DNA from: Spirochaetia bacterium
GTDB taxonomy: Bacteria; Spirochaetota; Spirochaetia; SZUA-6; Bin103
Direction of reading: 5' to 3'
NCBI GenBank assembly: GCA_965203055.1
Contig: OZ241863.1
Span: forward strand, 1,344,001 to 1,408,000
Length of the DNA: 64,000 nucleotides
The notes beneath the pieces are model-generated. The model worked only from the letters and a program-made list of their open reading frames with translations. It was not told the origin of the DNA and did not search any database. The translations under genes were made by a program, and so were the position numbers. How positions within the stretch are numbered: the first letter of the stretch is position 1; each line of letters opens with the position of its first letter. Below are positions 31,028 through 41,147 of this stretch, one piece after another.

Positions 31028-33055
31028 CTACTGCCGGAAGTACCACTGATCGGGTTTGACGTCGCGGAAGAATTGCACGTCGTCGCCGGCGAAGCGGGTG
31101 TCGCGCGGGAAGTTGCCGACCTCGTTGCTCACCACGACCGGCACCGGAGCGTAGCCGACGGTGCCGATCAGCAGCACCTGCTCGGAGGCGAAGTCGAACA
31201 ACTGCGTGGCGATGCGGTCGCGCTCGGTACGGTCGGCGGTGATGTACCACCGGTCGGCCAGCTTGAAGTACTCCTTGAACTCCTCGGGCGGCTCCTCGCC
31301 CTGCTCGCCGCCCGACTCGTGCCACCTCCACCAGGGGAACGCGTAGTTGCCGTCGGCGGAGGTGAACTTGTTCGACGGCAGGTAGCCCTTGCTCTGGTTG
31401 GTGCGGCGCAGGAACCACACCGCTACGTCATACTCGTTGGCGCCCACCCGCTCGAACACCAGGTCGATGTTGTTCGAGCGCGGGTCGGTCTTGATGCCGA
31501 CGTCGTTCCAGTACTCGGCGACCAGTTCGCTGACGGCGACGTGGCTCGGCCACTCCAGCGGGATCGGGATCTGGATATCCAGCGCCTTGCCGTCGGGCCG
31601 CAGGCGAAATCCGTCGGCGCCGCGCTGCAGGCCCAGTTCGTCGAGCAGCCGGTTGGCGGTGTCAGGATCGTACTCCGCGTAGCGGGTGGCCCATTCCTCC
31701 TTGTAGAAGGAGTTCTCCGGGTCCATCGCCGCCTGCCGCGGGACCGCCAGCCCGAAGAACAGCACCTTGTTGATCTCCTCGCGGTTGATGGCCAGCGACA
31801 TCGCCTGCCGGAAGCGCACGTCCTGGAAGATCTCGCGCACCACCGGGTCGGGGTGGGTGAGGTTGAAGGCGTAGAAGCTCTCGGCGCCGGCCGCGCGCGG
31901 CCACATCAGCGTCTCGTAGTTGCCCGCTTCCTCGTTCTCCTTGAACAGCGGGAAGTCGGGCGTCGACAGGCCGATGGCGGCCACCGACAGCTCGCCGGAG
32001 ATCACCTTCAGGTTGAGCGTCTGCTTGTCCGCCACCGTCTCCACCCGCAGGCGGTCGAGGTAGGGGAGCTGATTGCCGGCCGGGTCGATGGCGAAGTGAT
32101 AGGGATTGCGCACGTGGAGCACGTAGGTGGTGGTGATCTCCTCATGGTTCCAGGGCTTGAGGCTGGGGGTATTCGTGTCTTCGACCCGGAAGTCGCCCCC
32201 CCCCCCCCTCTTCTGCCACACTGCGTCCACCCAACTATCGTAGCCCTCTTCCTTGGCCAGGGCGTCGGCGTTCTCGTTGTACTTGGCGTGATACTTCGAC
32301 AGGTAGTGCTTGGGGTAGGCGTGAGGGTGCCAACCGCCCCAGAACTCGTACCAGCCGGGCAGCGTCGGGAACGGGTCGGAGTAGTGCAGCCGCACCGTGT
32401 AGTCGTCCACCTTCTCGGCGTGCGACATCGGGCCCCAGCCGTTGCGCCGCCAGCCGGACGGGAACTCGTCGATCAGCAGCCAGTCCTCGAACGAGAACAT
32501 CACGTCATCGGCGGTGTAGGGGTGGCCGTCGGACCACTTCAGGCCGCGCCGCAGGTACATGGTGACGGTCTTCTGGTCGTCCGACATCTCCCACCCCTTG
32601 TGGATGTAGGGAACGATGTCGATCGGCTTGCCCGGGCCCCGGTTGGCGGTCTGGATCGTGCCCACCAGCCCGCGGATCGGGGTGAGCTCGGTGTATTCGG
32701 TGCCGATCGAGGCCGCCTTGAGGGTGCCGCCGTAGGTGCCGATGCCCTCGAACACGTTGAGCACCAGGGGCTCCTCCGGCAGCCGTTCCGCCACCGGCGG
32801 CAGTTCGCCCGCCTGCACCATCGCCGCCAGCATCGGCGCCTCGCTGAACGAAGTGATCGTGTTGCCGGTGTCGCGTTCGTAGTCGGCCAGCGTGTCCCAC
32901 TGCCACACGTCGCCGTACTCGGCCATCATCATCTCGGCGGCCGCTCCGGTCTGCGCTCCTTCCTCGCCTTCGCCGGCCGCGAACGCCGCCGCGGCGGCGG
33001 TCCCGGCCGCGAGCGCGATGAGCGCCAGTCGTCTCAACCCTTTCATGGGTTCCAT
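31028..33055 (-). CDS. ABC transporter substrate-binding protein, family 5
   Basis: GGAGG RBS, signal peptide, EAPMLAAMVQAGELPPVAERLP, KWSDGHPYTADDV, FRQAMSLAINREEI. Confidence 0.9.
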   Translation of the reverse strand: MEPMKGLRRLALIALAAGTAAAAAFAAGEGEEGAQTGAAAEMMMAEYGDVWQWDTLADYERDTGNTITSFSEAPMLAAMVQAGELPPVAERLPEEPLVLNVFEGIGTYGGTLKAASIGTEYTELTPIRGLVGTIQTANRGPGKPIDIVPYIHKGWEMSDDQKTVTMYLRRGLKWSDGHPYTADDVMFSFEDWLLIDEFPSGWRRNGWGPMSHAEKVDDYTVRLHYSDPFPTLPGWYEFWGGWHPHAYPKHYLSKYHAKYNENADALAKEEGYDSWVDAVWQKRGGGGDFRVEDTNTPSLKPWNHEEITTTYVLHVRNPYHFAIDPAGNQLPYLDRLRVETVADKQTLNLKVISGELSVAAIGLSTPDFPLFKENEEAGNYETLMWPRAAGAESFYAFNLTHPDPVVREIFQDVRFRQAMSLAINREEINKVLFFGLAVPRQAAMDPENSFYKEEWATRYAEYDPDTANRLLDELGLQRGADGFRLRPDGKALDIQIPIPLEWPSHVAVSELVAEYWNDVGIKTDPRSNNIDLVFERVGANEYDVAVWFLRRTNQSKGYLPSNKFTSADGNYAFPWWRWHESGGEQGEEPPEEFKEYFKLADRWYITADRTERDRIATQLFDFASEQVLLIGTVGYAPVPVVVSNEVGNFPRDTRFAGDDVQFFRDVKPDQWYFRQ

Positions 33056-33168
33056 GGGGGTTCCTCCTTCCTTGCGCAAAAGAGAGTTATCGCAGCATGG
33101 TTACCCGGCTCCGCCCCGCTGTCAACCGACCAACGCCCGCCCGCTGCTCGGGTCGGGCGGCGGCGCGT

Positions 33169-36003
33169 TTACCATGACAGCTCGGTCTGGCGCAGCCGCG
33201 CCTCCGTCACGGCGAGCCTGCTGATCTCCGGCCAGCTCTTTACCAGCCCGTTGTAGTCCAGCGCCTCGGCGGGGCGCTTCCGGCGCTCGCTCACCGTGTA
33301 CAGCCGGTAGCACAGCTCGCGGGCGAGGTCGGCGACGCCGCCGAGCCGGCGCAGCAGGCGGGCCGCGGCCATCTCCCCGCCATGCCACACGACGCGGATC
33401 AGATGGTGCACCGCCTCCCAGGTCGTGAGGCGGTCGTCTGCCGCCGGGTCCCAGTCGGCGGGCAACTCCTGCGGACGCAGCAGGCGCACGCTCCCGGCCT
33501 GCGAGTGGATGATGCCGGCCTGCACCATGCCGCTCACGCTGGTGTTCTTGGCCGTGGCCAGGGTCTCCGCGCTGCCATACTCCCCGGCCTCGAAGCCGTG
33601 CTGGTCGAACCACGCCAGCGCCCAGCGGCTATCGGTATCGAAGTCTCCCTCCTGCGCGGCCAGGATCTCGTCGAGCGTCTGATTGATGAGGGCGAGCGCC
33701 TCGCCCACGGTGACGCGGTTGCCGGCGCCGTGCAACACCTTGGCGTAGCGGGTGAAGATCGCCATGCCGGGACCGATGGCGGCCTGCGCGAGGTCGACGG
33801 GGGCGACGTTGCCGCGCTGCAGGTGTACGAGGGCCGGCGGCAGTTCCTCCTTCAGAGCGTCAATGAGCTCGCGGCGCGAGCCGGTCGGAGCATCGTCCGG
33901 CCGCCGCCGGCATACCAGGACGATGCTGGAGGCGAGCGCGTTGACCGCAGCCTTGACCCCGGTTGGTCTTTCGGTGCGCATCGGCCACGTGCCGCTGATC
34001 TCAAACCCTGATCTGATGACGGCATCCAGGAAGGTTTCCCAGCCCGTGCTGGCAAACCCGCGATCGTCCTTGTTTTCGGATTGCTTGAAAGCATAGTACA
34101 GCGTAGTGGGAATGGAGCGCGGGGTCTTCAGCGACAATCGTCCCAGTGCCCGCGCCATACCGGACATGAAGAACGATTCGGCTTGCTCCCTGCCGCCGTG
34201 CCGGTAGGGCGATGCGACAAGTTCTTCCACCTTCGGTACGGCCATGGTCGCGAACAGATCTGGAAAGACCGATCGCAGCGCTCGGCGCAGCCACACGTAG
34301 AAGAAGTCTGAAAGATCAGCGTAGGCGATGTTGTCGTAATAGGGCGGGTCGGTAGAAACGATCGACGACTCCAAACCGGCGTGACTCACGGCATTTTCTT
34401 GTGCCGCCGTACCATGACCGGAAACTTCCAGAGGAAGAAGACGTAGCGTTTCCGGTATCCAGCCGAGTGATCCTGACCAGCCTCCCGTACTGTCGGAAAG
34501 GGGATTGGTCTCGGGATAGTCCCAGGTCATTGGAATCGCCTGCCGAGCAAACACCTGTTCGACCTTTTCTCCGCCCCTGTTCCATACGCAGATCGTTGCG
34601 GATCGGTTGGCGAGACGACTGATGCCGCAGCTCAAGTACAGGCTCACTGCCTCGGCGTAGGCGGTGACGCCGGCGCCGCCGTCCTGCCGGATGCGCTCGC
34701 GCGCTTCGGCTACCAGGTCGGAAAACGTGTTCAACGCCACGAGCTGCCGGGGCGTGAACAGATCGCCGAAGGTGGTGAGACCGTAGGCATAACAGGTACC
34801 ACCAGTGAGCCGTTCAGGAACACTTCCATCTGGCTTCCACTCCGGCTGCGCACGCGATGCCGCGGTTTCATGCTCCTCGGTCGGCGCCAGATACACACGG
34901 CCGCGATCGCCCTCCGCTACGATCGCCAGCAGCCGCGCGCCCATGCGGCCGGCCATGCCTTCGGCCTTGATGTGGTCGGGCGGGATCGGCACCCCCGACA
35001 CCAGGCAGCGGAAGTTGGCGCCGCGCGCCAGCTTGGTGCCGGCCGTGGCCGCGGCCGCGTCGGGCGGCGCGCCGACCTTGACCGTGAACCGGTAGCGGTA
35101 ACCGTCCGCGCCGATCACCGGCTCGACGTACGCTTCCTTGCCCCGCCTGGTGGACAGCATGAAGGTGGAGACCAGCGGCACCTCCACCTGCGCGAACGCC
35201 GGGTTGGGGCTCTTCACCGTGCGCGCCCACAGCCACGCGATCACCGTCAGCTCCCGCCCGGCGTAGGGCTGCAGATCGGGGCGCTCCCGCACCATTTCTC
35301 CGGTCACCGCGACCTTGGGATAGAGATGGCCGATGCGCCGCTCCGCCTCCTCCCGCATCCAGCGCCCGTAGCAGCGCACGTCCTCCGCCAAGCCGCGCGC
35401 CCCGGTCCACTTGGCGCCCAACAGCTCGCCTTCCGACCGCGCTTCCGGGTGTACCGGCGGGCGTCCGGCAAACTTTGGCGGCAGCTCGATCATCGCCTTG
35501 TTGATCAGCACCGCCACCGGGTTCAGGTCGCTGGCGTGCGCCTCCAGGCCGAGCCGCTGCGCTTCCAGCGGCAGCGCGCCACCGCCGGCGAACGGATCGT
35601 GAAACGCCGGCAGGCGCTCCGGGTCGAACAACTCGGCCGCGCGCGGATGATCGGCGTGGTCGGCGCAGGAGCGCCGCCAGCACGCGCGGATCTCGTCGCG
35701 CGCCTGCTGCAGCACCTCCTCGTTGGTAGTGTTCTCCCACTTGACCAGCTCTTCGATCAGGTCGAACAGCCGCTGCCGTTCCCGGTCCTGCGCTTCCTCG
35801 GTCGGGAACAGCTCCGGGAGGCTGGAGGGATCGTCGACGAGCTGCGCGAAGATGACGGCGCGCGCGGCCGCCAGCGGGCGCCGCGCCCACCACAGATGCA
35901 GGGTGCTGGGGTGGCCGTGACGGATCGACTTCTCGCGCGCCGCGGCCGCGTTGATCGCGTCCAGCGGCAGCGCCACCTCGATCAGCTTCTTGCGGACGGT
36001 CAT
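33169..36003 (-). CDS. DUF1156-domain adenine-specific DNA methyltransferase
   Basis: [50 protein letters not shown]. Alternative start at 36021. Confidence 0.9.
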   Translation of the reverse strand: MTVRKKLIEVALPLDAINAAAAREKSIRHGHPSTLHLWWARRPLAAARAVIFAQLVDDPSSLPELFPTEEAQDRERQRLFDLIEELVKWENTTNEEVLQQARDEIRACWRRSCADHADHPRAAELFDPERLPAFHDPFAGGGALPLEAQRLGLEAHASDLNPVAVLINKAMIELPPKFAGRPPVHPEARSEGELLGAKWTGARGLAEDVRCYGRWMREEAERRIGHLYPKVAVTGEMVRERPDLQPYAGRELTVIAWLWARTVKSPNPAFAQVEVPLVSTFMLSTRRGKEAYVEPVIGADGYRYRFTVKVGAPPDAAAATAGTKLARGANFRCLVSGVPIPPDHIKAEGMAGRMGARLLAIVAEGDRGRVYLAPTEEHETAASRAQPEWKPDGSVPERLTGGTCYAYGLTTFGDLFTPRQLVALNTFSDLVAEARERIRQDGGAGVTAYAEAVSLYLSCGISRLANRSATICVWNRGGEKVEQVFARQAIPMTWDYPETNPLSDSTGGWSGSLGWIPETLRLLPLEVSGHGTAAQENAVSHAGLESSIVSTDPPYYDNIAYADLSDFFYVWLRRALRSVFPDLFATMAVPKVEELVASPYRHGGREQAESFFMSGMARALGRLSLKTPRSIPTTLYYAFKQSENKDDRGFASTGWETFLDAVIRSGFEISGTWPMRTERPTGVKAAVNALASSIVLVCRRRPDDAPTGSRRELIDALKEELPPALVHLQRGNVAPVDLAQAAIGPGMAIFTRYAKVLHGAGNRVTVGEALALINQTLDEILAAQEGDFDTDSRWALAWFDQHGFEAGEYGSAETLATAKNTSVSGMVQAGIIHSQAGSVRLLRPQELPADWDPAADDRLTTWEAVHHLIRVVWHGGEMAAARLLRRLGGVADLARELCYRLYTVSERRKRPAEALDYNGLVKSWPEISRLAVTEARLRQTELSW

Positions 36004-36232
36004 GCTCTGGGTGCTCGGCATCGGGCCGGTCAATCAAGACGCCGCGAGCCGCCAACGGTCGAGCCGCTCGGTCACTTCGGGTTGTGGCAGCCTGCAGCGT
36101 GGATGATCGCTGATCGCCTTGAGGGTGGAGTATAGCGTGCCGCGATCGATTACGTTGGCCTCCAGGGCGCGGAGGGGCAAACCTGCCGCAGACCGAGCCT
36201 GCTTGGGCCGGCTATCGATAAAGCCGCGCCAT

Positions 36233-36562
36233 TCAGGCGTTCTCGTTGGCTCTGATTTGTTCCTCAATTTCCTGTTGATGGGAACGGACGTACGCCCAGG
36301 CATTGGTCAAGTCCTCCGCACGGAGCGCGGGGTAAGCCTGCAGGAGTTCCGCCTCGCCGGTGCCCAGCCGTCTCGCCTGCTCCAGAACCCAGACGGTTAT
36401 TTTGGTCCTGACGATACGCGGCTCCCCGCCGCAAACACCGGGCGTGCTTTCGATTCCCGGAACGGCATCACCCAGGTCGCGCGCGACCCATTGCAATACC
36501 TGCGCCTTTTCCGCTCGCGTCATGGTGGTTAACAGCTTCTCCATCTGTGCGAGCGCATTCAT
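36233..36562 (-). CDS. DUF433-family antitoxin
   Basis: IESTPGVCGGEPRIVRTKITVW..ELLQAYPAL; AGGAGGAG RBS. Confidence 0.88.
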   Translation of the reverse strand: MNALAQMEKLLTTMTRAEKAQVLQWVARDLGDAVPGIESTPGVCGGEPRIVRTKITVWVLEQARRLGTGEAELLQAYPALRAEDLTNAWAYVRSHQQEIEEQIRANENA

Positions 36563-36740
36563 GTTCTCCTCCTTTCAGCGGCAGTGCCACTTCGACATCG
36601 GCACCGGCCGCCCGTTAGCGGCGTAGCGTAACCGTCACGACGTCGCAATGTACTCAACGAACGCCCCGGTAGTAAATCCACCCGCCGCGCGCAACGGCTC
36701 CTAGTCGCGCCGGCAGGTGGCATCTTATGGGCCGGATAAC

Positions 36741-36769
36741 TTGACTCAAGTAGTTTACATGATTATACT
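36741..36769 (+). promoter_or_regulatory. Sigma70 promoter for leaderless HNH copy 1
   Basis: TTGACT-17-TATACT, ATG 6 nt downstream; conserved in copy 2. Confidence 0.8.
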
Positions 36770-36775
36770 TATGTC

Positions 36776-38117
36776 ATGTACAATCATGTTTCCGACGGGG
36801 CCGTCACCACTACCGTATCCGCCCTTTCAGACGACCGCTTGCTGGAGCGGACCAAGGAACTTTCCGGCATCGAACACCATCTCGAAGTGGTCGTGATCGA
36901 CCACCTGCGCGAGATTGATAAGCGCCGCCTGTATTTGCGGCGCGGGTTCTCGAGCCTGTTCGATTACGCGGTGCGCGAGTTGGGTTACAGCGACGCCGCG
37001 GCGTGGCGGCGCATCAAGGCGATGCGGCTCTGCGCGGACGTCGACGGCGTGCGTGAGCGCCTGCAGAATGGCACGATGACGCTGAACGCGGCCGCGCAGT
37101 TGCAGCATGCGTTCGACCGGCAGGAGCGCAAGAAGAAACGCGCGGCGCGGAGCGCGCCGGGCGGGACCGGGTGCGGGGCTGCCGCTCAGTCGCAGGAGGG
37201 CTCGGCGCCGGCGCGGTCGGCGGAGCGGAAGCCGGCGCCGGCGCCGGCTTCCGGTGCTGGACCCGGAAGCGCGGCGGGAGCTGGTGGAGCAGGCGTCCGG
37301 CAAGAGCAGCCGGGAGGTGATGCAGATGCTGGCCGAGGTGGACCCGGAGCTGGCGGCGCCGGCGGATCGGGTGCGGCCCCTGGGCGGCGGGCGCTGGGAA
37401 CTCAAGGCGGTGATCGACGATGAGTGCCGGCGGGGCTTGGAGCGGCTCAAGGGCCTCCTGTCCCACGTCGATCCGCACCTGACGTTGGGGCAGCTCATGG
37501 GGCGGCTGATGCGGGAAGGGCTCGACCGCCACGATCCGGCCCGGGCGCCGCGCGGGCGGCGCGCCGCTTCGGCCAAGGGCGCCGAGCAAACTTCGGCGCC
37601 GAAGACGCAGGCGGCCGCGGCTCGCGGCGCTGCCCCGGCAGCGAAGCAGGTGGCCGGCGCGGACAGCGCCGCTCCTTCGGCGGCGAAGGTATCGGCTCAG
37701 GCGGCGGCGTAGCCGGGAGAGGAAGCCGCTGACCGCCTGGACACTTCGGCAGCGAAGCCGGCGACCGACGCCACTTCGGCGCCGAAGACGCGGCGCATCG
37801 GCCGGCCGGCTGCGGCGCAACGGACCCGGACTTCGGCAGCGAAGCCGGGCGTGAGCGGCCGCGCCATCTCGGCGGCGGTCAAGCGCGAGGTGTGGCGGCG
37901 CGACCGGGGCCGCTGCCGCTACGTGGACGGCGCCAGCGGGCGCCGCTGCGGCTCCCAACACTTGCTGCAGATCGATCACGTCGTGCCGTATGCCTGTGGC
38001 GGCGCCGCCGAGCCGAACAATCTCCGGCTGCTGTGCGCCGCCCATCACCGCTACCGCCACGGCGGCGCCGGATTCGGGCGCCCCGGCGAGGATCGTCAGG
38101 CGTCCGTAGACCGGTGC
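36776..38117 (+). pseudogene. HNH endonuclease gene, copy 1 (inactivated)
   Basis: Near-identical to 52555-53949, but with a +1 frameshift near 37250, TAG at 37710-37712 (CAG in copy 2), and TGC where copy 2 has its stop codon. Confidence 0.85.
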
Positions 38118-38180
38118 GCCCACCTGACAAGTGTAGTTGACAGGCGGGGTTGCCGGCCGCAGGGTTGAGAGGTCGTGTAT

Positions 38181-38654
38181 ATGAGCGTGCTCAAAGCGGC
38201 GATGGCAAAGAAGGGGTATCGCCGGTCAGACGTGGCCCGGGCCGCGGGGGTGAGCCGGCAAGCGGTGGCGCTCTGGTTCGCCGGGGAAGGCGACTTCCGC
38301 AACGTGCACGTGGCCAGTCTGCTGAAGCTGAGCGCCGGACTCGGGATCGCACCGGAGGAACTGTTGCGCCCGCTGCCGGGGTTGCAAGATGCAGCCGCCG
38401 AACGACGGCTGCATGCCGAGTTCTGCTGGGATCGGTCCTACCCGGACATCTATCGGTTCCTGGTCGCGTTGGCGGCCGCGCAGCCGCGCGCGGTGGCGCG
38501 CCTCATCGAGAGCCGCGGGATCTACGAAGCGGCGGCCGTAGTCGGCGCGCAGGTGTGGCGCATGTACCCCGGACTCCGCCAGCTCCTGCCTGCGGCGCGG
38601 CGCGCGGTGGTCGATACGGTATGGCAGATTCATCACGATTCGACCCGGCGTTAG
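38181..38654 (+). CDS. XRE-family HTH protein, probable antitoxin/regulator of the downstream AbiEii-like gene
   Basis: RRSDVARAAGVSRQAVALWF..LLKLSAGLGIAPEEL; overlaps the downstream gene. Confidence 0.7.
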   Translation: MSVLKAAMAKKGYRRSDVARAAGVSRQAVALWFAGEGDFRNVHVASLLKLSAGLGIAPEELLRPLPGLQDAAAERRLHAEFCWDRSYPDIYRFLVALAAAQPRAVARLIESRGIYEAAAVVGAQVWRMYPGLRQLLPAARRAVVDTVWQIHHDSTRR

Positions 38655-39370
38655 CGAGCCGCGTGCTGCCGTTCCCGCTACTGCAGGCCCTGCGCCACGT
38701 CTTCGCGCAAGGGCTGAATGACTGCGTCCTGGTCGGCGGCACGGCCCTGGCCGGCTTCTACGCCGGGCATCGGCGGTCGGATGATCTCGACCTGTTTACC
38801 GGCAGTGCGACCGCATTCACGCAGGTCGTGCTGGCAGTCCGTTCACTGCGGACCATCGAAGTCGAACTGGAGGAGCGCAGCCATAGCAACCAGTACTACC
38901 GGGCGGTGTGCTATCACCGGGAGCTCGGCTTCACCGTGGACGTCGTGCTCGACGAGCGTTCCGCCGGTCTGACGGGAACCAATACCGCCGGGGAGGTGGT
39001 GGTAGCAGGGTTGCCGGCGCTGCTGGCGATGAAGGCCGCGGCACTCGTTTCGCGGTGCAGCGAAAAGGACCTGTATGACGTGCTCTGGTTGTTCGGTGCG
39101 TTTCCCGAGCGGAAGCTGACGGATTTGATCGAGCTTGGCCGTACGGTAGATGGCGGGGTGACCGGGGAGACCCTGCTCTACAGCATCGGGAGCGCCGAGC
39201 TGGACCGGGCGGCGTGCGGATTCGCGGTGGAATTCGGCGCCTCCGCCGGCGCGGTATTCTCCCGCCTGCGGACGTTCCGGCGCGAGCTCCTGAGAGCGCT
39301 CGAGCGACACCTCGATAACCGCTCGGCAAGCACTTTGAGCGACGTCATTCGGCGAATCATGACCCTGTAA
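38621..39370 (+). CDS. AbiEii/AbiGii-family nucleotidyltransferase toxin
   Basis: LVGGTALAGFYAGHRRSDDLDLF and MKAAALVSRCSEKDLYDV motifs. Confidence 0.88.
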   Translation: MADSSRFDPALASRVLPFPLLQALRHVFAQGLNDCVLVGGTALAGFYAGHRRSDDLDLFTGSATAFTQVVLAVRSLRTIEVELEERSHSNQYYRAVCYHRELGFTVDVVLDERSAGLTGTNTAGEVVVAGLPALLAMKAAALVSRCSEKDLYDVLWLFGAFPERKLTDLIELGRTVDGGVTGETLLYSIGSAELDRAACGFAVEFGASAGAVFSRLRTFRRELLRALERHLDNRSASTLSDVIRRIMTL

Positions 39371-39408
39371 CGCGGTTGCCTGGCGCGGCGCGGCGTCAGA
39401 GGATGGCG

Positions 39409-40500
39409 TCAAGGGATGCGGTACGGTTCCAGGGCGTCCCAGTCGAGTTCGACGCCGTGGCCGGGGCGGTCGGGCGGGGTCACCGCGCCGGCGGCGAAGC
39501 GCGGCGGCTCGCGCACGAAGCGCTCGGTGGCGAAGCCGTGCACCTCCAGGAACGAGGCGTTGGGCACCGCCGCCAGCAGGTGCACGTGCAGTTCGTGGAC
39601 GCCGTGCGAGGTCACCGGCAGGCCGCGCGCCGCGGCCAGGTTGGCGACCTCGATCCAGGGGCTGACGCCGCCGATGTTGGACACGTCCGGCTCCGGGAAC
39701 GCCACCCCCCCGGCGTCGATCAGGTGCGCGAATTCGCGCACCGTGCGCAGGTTTTCACCGGCGGCCAACGGCACCCCGCCGGCCTCCGCCACGCGGCGGT
39801 GGCCGGCGTAGTCGTCGGGCGCGATCGGCTCCTCCAGCCAGCGCACCCCGAACCGCGCCAGTTCCCGCGCCGCGGCAATCGCCTCCTCTACGCTCCAGCG
39901 CATGTTGGCGTCCACCATCAGCGGCGCCTCGGGGCCCACCAAGTCGCGCATCGCCGCCACCCGCTCCAGGTCCTCGCTCAGGGAGTCGCGCCCCACCTTC
40001 ATCTTGACGGCGCGATGGCCGCGGTCGAGCGCGGCGCGCGTCTGCCGCAGCAGCTCCTCCAGCGGCAGCAGCAGATCGATCCCGCCCAGGTAGGCCGGCA
40101 CCGGCTCCGCCGCGGCGGCGCCGAGCAGCCGCCACAGCGGCTCCTGCCGCGCCAGCCCGCGCAGGTCCCACAGCGCAATGTCGACAGCGGAGATGGCGAA
40201 CGCGGCGAGGCCGCCGCGCCCCACGTAGTGGGTGCGCTGCCACATGCTGCGCCACAACGCCGCTATGTCATCGCCGTCGGCGCCCCGCAGCAGCGGCGCC
40301 AGGTCGTGTTCGATCAGCGCCTGTATCGCCGCGCCGCCGGCATGCACGGTGTAGGTGTAGCCGAGTCCGGTATGCCCCCCTTCGGCCGTCACCAGCGCCA
40401 GCACCAGGTCGTAATGATCGTGCCGCCCGTGGGTGGCGTCGGTGAGCGGCGCGGCGAGTGGAATCCGGTACCAGGCGGCGATGAGGTCGTTGATCTTCAC
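39409..40500 (-). CDS. Mandelate racemase/muconate lactonizing enolase; probable 3,6-anhydrogalactonate cycloisomerase
   Basis: DATHGRHDHYDL, GLGYTYT, HYVGRGG..SAVDIALWDL, KMKVG, VDAN, WLEEP, GEN. The N-terminus resembles characterised anhydrogalactonate cycloisomerases; GH117 context. Confidence 0.75.
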   Translation of the reverse strand: MKINDLIAAWYRIPLAAPLTDATHGRHDHYDLVLALVTAEGGHTGLGYTYTVHAGGAAIQALIEHDLAPLLRGADGDDIAALWRSMWQRTHYVGRGGLAAFAISAVDIALWDLRGLARQEPLWRLLGAAAAEPVPAYLGGIDLLLPLEELLRQTRAALDRGHRAVKMKVGRDSLSEDLERVAAMRDLVGPEAPLMVDANMRWSVEEAIAAARELARFGVRWLEEPIAPDDYAGHRRVAEAGGVPLAAGENLRTVREFAHLIDAGGVAFPEPDVSNIGGVSPWIEVANLAAARGLPVTSHGVHELHVHLLAAVPNASFLEVHGFATERFVREPPRFAAGAVTPPDRPGHGVELDWDALEPYRIP

Positions 40501-40520
40501 CGGCGCTCATCCTATACGAT

Positions 40521-41147
40521 TCATACGATGTTGGCGTGCAGCGCGCGCAGCGCCGCGGCCCGGTCGCGCGCCGCCAGCGCCCGGTAGATGCGCCGGTGCT
40601 CGGCGAAGCTGTCCATCAGGTCGTCGAAGCGGTCGTAGCGCATCAACATGCGCATGATCACGCGCTGCCAGAGCGCCCGCAGGTCGGGGTCGCCGTAGCA
40701 GGTCATGATCTCTTCGTGGAAGTGGACGTCGCCGGCCACCAGGGCGGGCACGTCCTCGCTTTCGCAGGCAAGGCGGATCCGATCCAGAATCCGGCCCAGC
40801 CGCGTCTCCAGCCGGGCGAGCCGCTTCGCGTCGCCGCCGGCGAAGATGCTGGTCAGGGCAAAGCCCTCGATGCGGCGCCGGATGTCGGTGATCAGCGGGC
40901 GAATCGACTCGTTGGGGCGCGCCGCGACCGCGGCGCCGGCGTTGGGCCGGGCGGTGACCAGACCATCCTGGCCGAGCTTGAGCAGCGCGTCGCGGACCGG
41001 GCCGCGGCTGACCCGGAAGCGCGCCGACAGTTCCTGCTCGCGCAAGTGGGTGCCGGCGTCGAGCTGGCCGGTCATGATCTCCAGGCGGAGCTGCTCCACG
41101 ATCTGTTCCGGGATGGAGCGGTACACCGGCGCCCGCAGCTCGCTCAC
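40521..41147 (-). CDS. GntR-family (FCD) transcriptional regulator
   Basis: EQIVEQLRLEIMTGQLDAGTHLREQELSARFRVSRGPVRDALLKL, DVHFHEEI, EHRRIY. Confidence 0.9.
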   Translation of the reverse strand: MSELRAPVYRSIPEQIVEQLRLEIMTGQLDAGTHLREQELSARFRVSRGPVRDALLKLGQDGLVTARPNAGAAVAARPNESIRPLITDIRRRIEGFALTSIFAGGDAKRLARLETRLGRILDRIRLACESEDVPALVAGDVHFHEEIMTCYGDPDLRALWQRVIMRMLMRYDRFDDLMDSFAEHRRIYRALAARDRAAALRALHANIV

